Part shown: positions 9,725 to 20,500 of the stretch, piece after piece
Layout of the letters: each line of letters starts with the position of its first letter
Numbering within the stretch: position 1 is the stretch's first letter
Source of the DNA: Verrucomicrobiota bacterium
GTDB taxonomy: Bacteria > Verrucomicrobiota > Verrucomicrobiia > Limisphaerales > SXQI01
Direction of reading: 5' to 3'
Length of the DNA: 40,372 nucleotides
Assembly (NCBI GenBank): GCA_033762115.1
Contig: JANRLX010000124.1
Span: 1-40,372, forward strand
Position numbers and translations under genes: made by a program
Notes under the pieces: generated by a model
Told to the model about the DNA's origin: nothing
Seen by the model: the letters and a program-made list of their open reading frames with translations, nothing else
The model's database searches: none

Positions 9725-12700
9725 TTACTGGTTTAAAAAGGTGACCTGATCTGAGCGTGCTTTGATTGTTTCAGGCAATTTTTTGGAATCAATTTTCACG
9801 ATAAGCGAGTGTGTTCCAGGCGCCAAGGTAGTGGTCACCTTGGAACCGGAGCCAACCATATTTCCATTGATCCAGATTGGCGAGTCAGCTGGAATATTTT
9901 CCAAATCCAGGTTGACCGCACCATTTTGTGGCACTTGGAAATGTGTTCCCAAGTAAATTGCAGCAGGATTGCGATACGATTTTCGATCCAGGCTTGCCTG
10001 CATCTCAGTTTTTGGCAAATCTCCGCTCACCAAAGTCATGGCAGTTTCCCACCCCTTTTCGTTCATCTGTTGCTGAACCACTTTTTCCGCGCCAAACTGT
10101 GCAATGTCAATTGTTTCAGGAAGGAGTTTCCATTGACGGGCCACATTCCCCTTTGAGGCATCAAAAGGTCCCGGTTTCCCAAGTTCTGCCAGGAATCGGT
10201 AAAGATGCACCTGTTCCTCCGGTGTCAGGCCATCAACTAATCCAGCAGGCATGAGTGAGCCGGTGATATTACGTTTCTGCACTTTGCTTTTCGATATACT
10301 CGTTTCACGGCCTGTGGCATCGCGCAAGACAAGTTCCGTGTCCGTCTCCCGGATCATAATACCGGAAATTTCTTCCCCATCACTCGTTTCCAAAAGAACG
10401 GCGTGGTAGCCTTCCTTGATTTTCCTGTTCGGAAACTGAACAGCCTCTATCAGGTAATCGATTTGTGCGCTGGCTCCAATTGAAGTCATGTCAGGACCAA
10501 CTTTCCCCCCGATTCCCCCGATTGCATGGCAGGTAATACAACCCAATTCAGTGCGTCGATATATTTTTTCACCCTTCACTGGATCCCCTGTATTCTTAAT
10601 TTGGGAAATGAGTTGCTCAAGCTCGTGCGGTGTTAAGGCTTTTTCTTCTTCAGCTTCCAAATTCCTGGCAAGGGCCATTACCAAATCCGGTTCAGCCCGG
10701 CCCCCTTCGCGAGCGGCTCGCAAACCAGCCTTTGCCATTGCCGGAGGCAGCCCGGAACGAGGAAGCTGTTGAGTGAATGCTGCGGCGGCACCTTTTATGC
10801 CCAGAAGAGTTCGCCACATCTCGAGTGCTTCGGCTTCCGTTTTTGTTTCCGACAATACCGTAATTGCGAGTGGCACCCCCCTGGATAAATCCATTGCAGT
10901 GAGCGCTTGAACCGCCTGGCCGCGCAATTCAATTTTGCTGTCACTGGAAGCAATCCGGGAGAACGCCTGGACAGTTTCCGGAGTTCCAAGCTCCCGCAGG
11001 CTATTGAAGAGTGCGCGACGCATGTCTGAAGGAGTCGCTTCTGACTCTGCCAGCGCAAGAAGCTGCGGAGCCAGTGACGTCGCCTTGTATGCACCAATCA
11101 ATTGAAGAAGGGCTGGTTGAACAACGCCCCCCTGTGCAGCCAAAAGCTCTTTCAATTCCTTTTCTTCAATCCTCGCCCGATGATTCCGTGCGCGGGCAGC
11201 CTCGTTGAGCGCGGAAAGGACGCGGGGAGCAGTTTGTGAATTGAACCCATTTTTTCGGAACTGAGTCCAGAGCCGATTTAAATGATCCATGTTGCCAGTT
11301 TTTGCAATGAGTTCCAACCAGGGGCCGGAACCATCCGCTGGAAAGTCGCCTGAAGGTAAAATCTCAGAGAGGACCGAACCTGCAACTTCTCCGGGAATAG
11401 CTTTCAAGGCATACTCCAACTGCTTTTGTTTGCCTTCTGGCTTCCATTCCCCGTTTTTAACTCCCTTCGCCCAGACATCGGCCAGGTCATTTATTGCAAG
11501 CCAAACAGCGTATTCCAGGTACTTGTCCATTGTGGAATCCACCACCCCGAGGACCAGTTCTGCGGATTTTGATTGCGGAATTTTTGCCAATGCACGAACG
11601 GCTTCCATTCGAACGCGGGGATGCTCATCCTTAACCAATCGTTCGAGACTGCTCAGTGCTTCCGGAAATCGCTGGATCCAAAAACTTAAAACCCGAGTGC
11701 CTGCCGCACGGATTCGAGCATCCTTGGCATTTAAAACTTTCTTCAACAACTCAGGTTCCGGAAAATCAATGGATTGGTACATCCATAGTGCCTGCAATTG
11801 GGAACGCTCACTTGATTCCTTTTGAGACCAGGAACGCAGTTCGCTTTCGATGCTACTGCCACGTTCCGTGAGCACACGACGGGATTGCTGGCGGACATAA
11901 CTGTTACTGGAGTTCAAATAATCCAAAAGTTCGAGAGTGCTGGATTTTGTATAGTTGATTTTGGGCAGGCCTTGTTTGCCTTTCACGCTCACCCTCCAAA
12001 TTCGGCCATGCTCATGATCGCGCCTCGGATCACGAAAATCGACTTCGCCATGCTGAATAATCGGGTTGGACCAATCGGCGATATACAAAGCGCCGTCAGG
12101 CCCCACCTTCACATCAATGGGGCGAAAGGTGACATTCGTGGTTCGCATCACGTCGGGCATTTCCTTGGTGACATAACCTGTTCCAAGCTCGTTAATGGAA
12201 AAGCGGACAATCCGGTGGGCTCGAAAGTCGCAGGTGATCAGATTCCCCTGCCAGTCGGGAGGGAAATGCTCACTTTCCAATACTTCCAATCCACAGAACT
12301 TTGGGTAATTTCCGGGGCTCACGCTGTCCATAATGCGCCGAACGCCTTCGTAAGTAACGTACATCGCCTGAGGCACGACCCAATTAATTCCCTGGTGCCC
12401 TGCGCCATCGGTCGCAAAGCTTTGTCCATATGAATCGAAATGGTGCCCCCAACTGTTGATTAATCCTTTCATATGGATTCCCAATTCCATTGTCGGTGGG
12501 CGAAGATTGAAGATTCCGCCGCTGTCCAGGCGGACGACTCCATGCGGTGTTTCAATATGACTATGTATGTATATGGACTGATTGAAGTAAAGCTGGCCGT
12601 CATGCCCCCACCGCAAAGTGTGCAGAATATGATGTGTGTCTTCAGTTCCAAACCCGGAAAGGACAACCCGCTTTTTGTCAGCTTTTAAATCCCCATCTAG

Positions 12701-14332
12701 GTCTTCGAAATGGAGCAACTCGGTGCTGTTACCCACGTAAACACCATTATTTCCAGGTTCCAACCCCGTAGGAATCAGCAAGCCATCTGCAAAAACTGTG
12801 GATTTATCTGCTTTTCCATCATGGTTGGTATCTTCCAGAACGAGAATCGTATCATTCGCTTTTTGTCCAGGCTCGATTTGTGGGTAGACTGAGGAACTTG
12901 CGACCCAAAGACGCCCTTGAGGGTCAAAATTCATCTGAATGGGTTTGGCCAGATCGGGATTTTCAGCGAAAAGAGTCACTTCCAATCCGGAGTCCAATTG
13001 GAATTGAGGTAGCGGCTGCTCGGATTTTGTTTCGAACGATCGTGCAGCCGGTTGGAAGGACTTTTCTCCCCTGGGGTTTACAATTTGAACTTCCTCATTT
13101 GCCCCAATTTTAACGAGTTCATACTTTCGATTACGAAGGGCTTTCAATGAATGGATCTGCTCTTCCTTCGCGTTGATCAATGGATCAAACATCGGTATCT
13201 CGCGAGCGTTCTGGCCTTGCTCGTGCTTGCGGAACCCAAAGAGATAAGTTTGATTTTGTGGACGCCAGCGATGGAAATAGAGTTCGTTTTTATCAACAAT
13301 GGCTTTCCGTAATTCCTCCAATTGTCGGAAGACGGGCCCATTGGTAAAGTAGTATCCACGCCCCCATAATCCATGCTCACCGACAGCTGCCGCTTCACCA
13401 TCGATTTTCAATACGTAACGCCCTGCTTCCAATTTTTGGACCTGCACCAACATCGAGGCGCGAGGGGCGGCATCCAGGTGCACTCTTTCCGGGAGAATGG
13501 GATCAGGAAGACAAATATCCATTCCCTGAAAGGTGACGCTGTTTGTAGTCCGTACTATATCCGTCACCGCAAGGCCTGCGGTGCCTTCCCGAATTTTCCC
13601 ATCCGGTAAAATGCCGATCCGCCATGGGTCCTGCTCCAACCCAAGCTCACGCACAATCAATCGGGCAATTTGCCAGTAACCGTACTGCGTCAGGTGAATG
13701 CCATTGTCTGTGTAAGCTGGATGTTTCTCCAACTGCTTTTCGGAAGTGTTCTCAAAGAGATTAACAAAAGGAATTCCTCTGGTTCGAGCGATTTCCCTTA
13801 AGCCTTCCGTATAGAGATTCAGCTGTTTATTATGAGCAGTAGGATCGGGAAGTGGAGGAGGGAGACACTCATGCCGAATGGGACTAAGGATGACAAATCG
13901 GACCTGATCTGGTTTTGAAATTGTTTCAATTGTTTCGATGAGACGGTTCAAGTCGGCTTTAAACTGCGGAAGCTTGCCTTCCCCATCAAAAGAAGCAGCC
14001 ATCCCATAGCCCAAAAAAACAACCGTGGGCTTTACAGCAGCCAGATGCTCCCGAAGCCGATCAAAACCTGCTGCCGGTGGATCAAAACCAGCTCGGGATT
14101 CGCCGAGGACAGTATCAGCGCTCCAGCCTAAATTGCGGACAACATACCTGATGCCTGGAAATGCCATTGCCAAACGGGTTTCCAAATAACCATAGGCCTG
14201 CTCTCGTTCGATGAACGTATCTCCCAGGAGAACCACCCTGTCCCCCTCCTGGAGTTTGAACCTTGGAACTTCGGCAGCAAATGCTGAATGCAGAAACAGC
14301 CCCAAAACAAGTAAGATTACTCTTGTGCGCAT
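9725..14332 (-). CDS. PVC-type heme-binding protein: SGNH/GDSL-like domain + membrane-bound dehydrogenase-like beta-propeller + HEAT repeats + monoheme cytochrome c
   Basis: Signal peptide from ATG 14332 (MRTRVILLVLGLFLHSAFA). SGNH-like VVLLGDTF/RNLGWSAD/DNGIHL. Propeller VTLFAENPDLAKPIQMNFDPQGRLWV..FRPIDVKVGPDGALYIADW. HEAT repeats DARIRAAGTRVL and EHPRVRMEAVRAL. GDPVKGEKIY..CITCH..GPDMT..SLMP (heme c site with distal Met). Confidence 0.9.
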   Translation of the reverse strand: MRTRVILLVLGLFLHSAFAAEVPRFKLQEGDRVVLLGDTFIEREQAYGYLETRLAMAFPGIRYVVRNLGWSADTVLGESRAGFDPPAAGFDRLREHLAAVKPTVVFLGYGMAASFDGEGKLPQFKADLNRLIETIETISKPDQVRFVILSPIRHECLPPPLPDPTAHNKQLNLYTEGLREIARTRGIPFVNLFENTSEKQLEKHPAYTDNGIHLTQYGYWQIARLIVRELGLEQDPWRIGILPDGKIREGTAGLAVTDIVRTTNSVTFQGMDICLPDPILPERVHLDAAPRASMLVQVQKLEAGRYVLKIDGEAAAVGEHGLWGRGYYFTNGPVFRQLEELRKAIVDKNELYFHRWRPQNQTYLFGFRKHEQGQNAREIPMFDPLINAKEEQIHSLKALRNRKYELVKIGANEEVQIVNPRGEKSFQPAARSFETKSEQPLPQFQLDSGLEVTLFAENPDLAKPIQMNFDPQGRLWVASSSVYPQIEPGQKANDTILVLEDTNHDGKADKSTVFADGLLIPTGLEPGNNGVYVGNSTELLHFEDLDGDLKADKKRVVLSGFGTEDTHHILHTLRWGHDGQLYFNQSIYIHSHIETPHGVVRLDSGGIFNLRPPTMELGIHMKGLINSWGHHFDSYGQSFATDGAGHQGINWVVPQAMYVTYEGVRRIMDSVSPGNYPKFCGLEVLESEHFPPDWQGNLITCDFRAHRIVRFSINELGTGYVTKEMPDVMRTTNVTFRPIDVKVGPDGALYIADWSNPIIQHGEVDFRDPRRDHEHGRIWRVSVKGKQGLPKINYTKSSTLELLDYLNSSNSYVRQQSRRVLTERGSSIESELRSWSQKESSERSQLQALWMYQSIDFPEPELLKKVLNAKDARIRAAGTRVLSFWIQRFPEALSSLERLVKDEHPRVRMEAVRALAKIPQSKSAELVLGVVDSTMDKYLEYAVWLAINDLADVWAKGVKNGEWKPEGKQKQLEYALKAIPGEVAGSVLSEILPSGDFPADGSGPWLELIAKTGNMDHLNRLWTQFRKNGFNSQTAPRVLSALNEAARARNHRARIEEKELKELLAAQGGVVQPALLQLIGAYKATSLAPQLLALAESEATPSDMRRALFNSLRELGTPETVQAFSRIASSDSKIELRGQAVQALTAMDLSRGVPLAITVLSETKTEAEALEMWRTLLGIKGAAAAFTQQLPRSGLPPAMAKAGLRAAREGGRAEPDLVMALARNLEAEEEKALTPHELEQLISQIKNTGDPVKGEKIYRRTELGCITCHAIGGIGGKVGPDMTSIGASAQIDYLIEAVQFPNRKIKEGYHAVLLETSDGEEISGIMIRETDTELVLRDATGRETSISKSKVQKRNITGSLMPAGLVDGLTPEEQVHLYRFLAELGKPGPFDASKGNVARQWKLLPETIDIAQFGAEKVVQQQMNEKGWETAMTLVSGDLPKTEMQASLDRKSYRNPAAIYLGTHFQVPQNGAVNLDLENIPADSPIWINGNMVGSGSKVTTTLAPGTHSLIVKIDSKKLPETIKARSDQVTFLNQ

Positions 14333-14399
14333 TGGTATCTGGTTTGGACTAAGAAAAGAGACTGAAGCTTCAAGATTCAATCAAATTCGGGCGAATCAT

Positions 14400-14477
14400 T
14401 GGTCGGGGCGGTGAGATTTGAACTCACGACCTCGTGGACCCGAACCACGCGCGCTAGCCAAGCTACGCTACGCCCCG
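14400..14477 (-). tRNA. tRNA-Pro(CGG)
   Basis: Minus strand CGGGGCGTAGCGTAGCTTGGCTAGCGCGCGTGGTT-CGG-GTCCACGAGGTCGTGAGTTCAAATCTCACCGCCCCGACCA: cloverleaf, TTCAAAT T-loop, encoded CCA. Confidence 0.97.
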
Positions 14478-14490
14478 GACCAGAGGCGTA

Positions 14491-14519
14491 AAACTGCCTT
14501 TGGAAAATGGGAATTGCAA
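14491..14519 (-). promoter_or_regulatory. Possible sigma70 promoter of tRNA-Pro
   Basis: TTGCAA-N17-CAGTTT about 13 nt upstream of the tRNA 5' end; the -10 element is weak. Confidence 0.4.
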
Positions 14520-14533
14520 CAGGATTTTACCAG

Positions 14534-17500
14534 TTATGGTACCTGAACGATGCGATAAAACCTCGCTGAAACCCCTTCGGGCAACGGTTCATTAAATGAG
14601 GTCAGACGACCTTCCGCAGTGATCGTCTGAACCGGTTTCCAATCAATCAGGTTATCCGAGAAGTCGATCCTGTATTTTTCCCCTGACACGCTGTTCCAGG
14701 AGAATTCAAGATTTCCATTCTGGATTTGAGGTTCGATTGCCAGATTCAGCGCGGCACCACCCGTTAATATTCCGTCGGAAGCAAAGGAGGCCAGAACTCT
14801 ATAAGAAACGGGGCCAGACTCGCTCGCACGCACTCCAAGGAACCAGTCTCCGGCGAGATCAACCTCATCTGCCCGAAGAACAATTTGTTCCCCTGCCCTT
14901 CCTGCATTCGCGCTCGAATAATCATAACTGTTCAGCGTCGGAACGATTCCTTTTCTGACATACAAATTCACATCTTCAGAAAGATCGAGAAGCTCAAACA
15001 ACACCGCTGAGGCGTTTGCGGGAACCGGGAAATGATAAATATTGAATTCATCATCACCGATGCTGCCGGTAACTGCCACTCCGTTAACAAGCCGTGGCAA
15101 ATCAGCCGGGCCATTGTCCGTAATCGAGGTGATAGTATATGGAACCGGCTCATCGTTGTTGTTTAAGACGGTCACATAATAATTACCAGTCTTTAGGGGC
15201 AGCGAAGAATTCTGATCCAGCACAATTCCTACACCACCTTCTGTCACGTTACCTGTAGCAGTGAAGTTTGTTCGATTTGGAATAAAGCCTTCGCCAATAA
15301 AAACCGACAAGGCGCCTGCAGTTTGAACTGACAGCTGGAGTGACTCAGTCTGTGGTTCAACCTGGATTTCGTAAGCATCACCCTCTTCATTCGCTGAAGC
15401 TGCAGCTGCGGCATTTTCAACACTTTGGCGTGAGAGCAATCGTTGTGGCTGAATAGGAGCGCAACTGCTATTGTTGTAGTCGACCCTAATCGAGAAATTG
15501 TTCGTTCCGAATGAATTGACATTTCTCACCGCCAAATAATATCGACGACCTGGTCGCAATGGGGCAGAAGGTGGGGAAGTTGTGGTCAACCTGAAGGAAG
15601 CAGTATAGGCGCCAGCACTATTTTGAACGGTCCGTACAGGAGCGTAATCGTCGCGGGTCGGGTCTCCAGTGGGAAGCCCGCTGCGATCCACCAACAATTC
15701 CACCCCCTGGCCTAATATAGTGACTGTGGAGGCAGTTGTGGCGGGACAGGTTTCTACAATAAAATATTGCACCTGATTTGTCGCAAGGCGACCGGGGACA
15801 ATAAAATTCGTGATTGTGGTGTTGTTGAGATTGCGCGGGTAAATGCGTTGGTTCAGCAACAATTCCGCATGAGGCCGCGCATCCACAAAATTGAGGATCA
15901 ATTCCCAATCATTCAGCAAGCCTGCGGGATTTGTGGCACCGGTCCGGGTATCAACCATTTGCAATTGCCATTCTCCCAATGATCGTTGTCCGTTCAACAA
16001 GGAGAGATCCTCTTCAGGAAGGAAATAACGATTTCCGCGATCCAAAACTTCGATCTCATCCAAGCCGTAAACAGCACGACTTGCTGAAAACTCGACAACC
16101 ACATTGGTATTCGTTGCGATGAGAGTTGTGAAATAGGGAATCCAGGCAGGAGCCACGGAAAAGTTCAGGTCTTCTCCATTTAATGTCAGGGTCCCCCGCC
16201 CTGTACAGGGGTATGGTCCGACAAGGCTGGCACATTTGCCTTCAGGGCCAGCCTGATAAATCGAGGCAATTTCCTCTTGTGTGAGCACACGCGCGAAAAT
16301 TGCAGGTTCATCCATGAGCCCTCTCCATGCACGGTTCGGGAGGAACAGAGATCTTCCGAATTCCAATGCTGCATTATTTGTCGCAAGGATGGGAATAAGG
16401 CCGGGGACTGTTTGTCGCAAAGCTCCATTGACATAAATCCTGCCGATCGTCCCTTCCTTCACCAAAGCCACGTGCTGCCATTCATTTGAACGAAGGACCA
16501 CACCAGCAGGAATTTTGTTGCCGTTAAAAACCATATGGTAGCTCAGGGAGTTGGCTGTTGAGCCTGTCTCCAAGGCAAATCCGTCAGCTCCCGCCAAGGA
16601 TTGCTTGCGCACCACAATGGCGGAAGCCCGTTGAGAAGCATGCGGATTCAGCCAAAATTCCACAGTGAAGTTGTTGGTCAAATTCAGACTGTCCGAATGA
16701 GGAACCAGGACTCCCTGGCTGGTGCCATTAAACGACCACGCACGACTGACAATGCCAGTCGTATATGCTGGCTCTATAATTCCGTGGTTGGTGGAACTGA
16801 AATCAAAGACATGATCTTCGGCTGTCCACCAACTCATGAACTCCTTGTCAGGAAACCGCTGGGCGGCAAAGCGGATCAGGTATTCACGCCCTGGAATACT
16901 CGGAAACGAACGACTGATCGCTCCTTTTTCCAAGATCAGGTAGTTGGTGCCGGAGAATGCCTCAAGTTGGTTGTTCACGACCGTCACGATGGCATTGGTA
17001 ACGCGCCACTGCTCCACCAAACTTCCCAAGGGTTTGTTTCCCGGGCTGGTTGTTTCCCAGCTATTGGTAAAAATTCGAGCCAGGTTCAAGATGGAATCAC
17101 CGAAAGGCGGGGTCATTTCTTTGATCGCGCTGATATCTCCAAAATCGCTTTCAGTAAAAATGGCATAGGCAGGCTGCTCCACCCCATCCAATAAATATTG
17201 CGACCCGAATCCATTCGTATCAGCCGCTCCACGCGCTTCACTCAAGAGAATTCGCGTCCCTTGCGGAGAGAGAAGCGAGAGGGTCATGTCTGAGAGCCGC
17301 TGGTGATCCATCCGCACGCCGACGCGAACATCCGTGACCACCAGATCATCGAACAACTCGATCAGGTTATTGGTCGCGGCTGCATCAAGCAATGTGGTGT
17401 TGGTACGATGGTACTCGAATTGATATTCCGAGAGGAATGCGTAATCAAATTCGGTTGTCAGGTCAAAATCCACTGACCCGAGCGAACGATTGTAAACGCC

Positions 17501-20500
17501 CACATAATAAGTTCCGGGCACCAGGAAAGGTTCTTCGTAAGCGCTGGCGTTCAATGTTGTGGCATTGACCAGAATATTGGTTCCGCGATAAGTGAAATCA
17601 TTGGTGGTCGGCAATCCTTCAAGTTTCATGACCAGATCAAGGGAATTAGCGAGACCTGTCTTCTGCCTGAGACGAAGCGTAACACGATTGATTCCAGGAC
17701 GTATCTCCAGCGGATAATAAGTATAATTTGTAGCGGCAACTGTTCCTGAAATAGTCCCGCTAAGCAGTTCATCCTGCAGCGTCTGGATTGGGATGGTTAC
17801 GTTGGTCACATATCCGACATGTCCGGGGGCATTATCAATCTGATACATGATCCATGGGCCAACGACTTTTTGCCCGACAAATGATTGCAATGTACCAGGG
17901 CCATCGGTAGGGAATGATCCAGCGGGTGGGAAGAAGCTATCATTGTAATGAAAGCTGTTGGGATTTGGAAAATTGGTTATTGCAGGGCGATGGTTGTTCA
18001 GGAACGTGGCAATTCGATTGTGCTCAAGGGTGCCCACCAAATCCCCCATTTCCTCATGAACAAGACCTACATTTACAGCGGTATTTAAAATTCTCCGGTT
18101 GCTTAACCCAAGCGCAATAACTATTCCAGCCTGAGGACGGGTGGGTGTTCCATCCGGAATTGCCACGCCAATTGGGAACCCACGAAGGATTGGATTCGCA
18201 TCATCCCCCTCCTGAAAAGGAAGATCACTCGAAATGGCCATCAGGTTAAATTCAGCAGATTGCTGGTCTTCACTCTTGACTCCAACGTAATAGATGACGT
18301 CCTGACCCACAGGAGCATTTGTGGTCACAAAAAATTCAGTCCCGCTCCGGGTTGTGCTTTGAACCGCACCAGCGACAACCGAAGGGACCAAGTTGGTCAG
18401 CCGTGAATCACGTGAGACATACAAATCGATATCCGCTTCCTGATTGCGTGGACGCCCAAGATTTAGAGGCGCAAACGTGACAAAGGCAACATTGGAACCA
18501 TTGGTTAACCCGGAAGTCGATGTTGCAGGATCAAAAAAATTGGTGAAGACATAGAATCGCCATTGATTCGTGTTCCCAATATCGGAACCCAGGGAAGGAT
18601 TGGCCCCCACCCTCTGATCCATCAATGGAATTCCATTCTCAACCGGAGTTACGGGTGTGCGGACGGTCAGTGCGCTGGGAGCGGATTCGAATTGGAAAGT
18701 TTTGAAGGCATTTGTGACAAAAATATTTTCAGAAGAAATAACCAATGCGAAATCCTGCAGCACATCGTTCGTTCGCCCGGTGACTGCAAATCCATTATCC
18801 ACCGCGTTGATATTCACCCGGCGTGCGCGGACTGTTAAGGTAAATTCTTTTCCGAACTCGGAAGGATCGCGAATGAAAATATTCTCAACGTTATTGATGA
18901 TGTCGCTCGGCACCGATCCTTCCGTTGGGGGCAGCGGCGTTGTGTAAACGCTAGCCGGACTAAAATTATTTCCCGAGTAAATGACTCCGCTCTCGATATT
19001 GGTGATGATGAGGTCCAGATCATTGACCAATTTGACACCGACATTTGGATTGGCAGGAGGATCAGTCCAAACCAAAGTGACGCGCAACGGCGCGAACTGA
19101 GCATTGGTATCAAGGGTAAACCTCCAGGTGCGGGATTCGCCAGTCGCAAGAGCATTCGTGGGATTTTGATCCAGCAAGATCAGCGGCCATTCTGCCTCAG
19201 ATGTATTCGTCAGAATTTCGGGTAAAGTTTGCGGCAAAGTCGGTAATCCCCATCCCTGGTAATTAATAGAGGTTTGAACGTAATAATCGTAAAAGGAACT
19301 GACACTTCTCGAACTGTTGATCAATAACGCCTTCATCAAGGCCGGGCTTAAGGCCCTCCGGGATTCGGCATCGACTTTGGTTTCAAAAAATTCCTGAATC
19401 AGTGCGAGCAAGCCGGAAATGGCCGGAACTGCGAATGTGGTTCCGCTTTCATAACGATACTCACCCAAAGTCTCGTGAAGGTTTGTCATTGCCCTGCCTT
19501 CTTCAGTGTTAATATCGTATTGATTGGTCAAAACCCAATCTTTTGAACGTGCGCTTAACACAAAGGTTCCAGGAGCGACGACATCAGGCTTGAAGCGCCC
19601 GAGCAATCCTTCGGTTCCAATCCCTGTATTGCCCCGACTGGAGTAGGATGCCACTGAATCCGAGCTATCCGTGCGTTCGAAGAAGAGAAAATTTGTCGTA
19701 ACGAAGAAATTGGTGTTGCCTTCAAAGTCAATCACTTCGTTGGTTTCAAGCAATCCGTTTGTCAGAAAGCGTGGATGCTCCAAAGCCCCGACCGTGATCA
19801 CATTTTTGGCAGTCCCGGGAGAGAAGATGTTTCCAGCTTCACCACCGCGACCGGTGTTTTGCCCGAATCCAGCATTGCCAGCAGGAAAGACATAAACCAC
19901 AGGATGTTGCCCGGAAGCGCCTGACAATGAATCTCGTGTCGCCGCATCGAAACGGGCTGCTGAACTATCATATTCTGAAACGCCTGAATAAACCCAACTG
20001 TTATTTGAAATCAGAGAGTTTGTTCTTCTTAGCGTGAGGTAATTCGTTCTCGCTGCCGTTTCCTGTAACCACGTATCTAAAACGTAATGTTGAACGTCTG
20101 GCGTTCCCTCAATCGGAAGGGCAAATAATTTTGCCGCAGGTGCAATCCCTCTGTAACTGGCGTTGGTCAATGAGCCGTCCGCTTTGGTTACGGTGGCCGA
20201 TTCCGAACCGTCGCCGGCGAGGACAGCCGCCACAAAAGTTCCATGACCGTTCGGATCGTTTGCAAGCATTCCCGGAAATGGAGAAAAGACCCGGTCCTTT
20301 AAATCCTCATGTGATTCATCAATGGCAAAATCATTGATATTCACCCAAATATTGGTCCCGGTCAGGTCCATGTAATTGGCATTGGTGACAGTGTCCGCCG
20401 AAACGCCTAATTGGACGCGGGTGAGATCATTGGCTGGCGTGCGAGCCGCTTGCAGTTCCACGCTTTGAACCGCTTCGATTTTTGCAATAGATACAACATC

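Noticed and set aside
11289..12433. Long plus-strand ORFs (178 and 203 aa) inside the heme protein gene, and similar antisense ORFs in the subtilase, pilC and pilB
   Set aside because: They lie opposite well-supported genes and show no motifs; expected codon-bias shadows.
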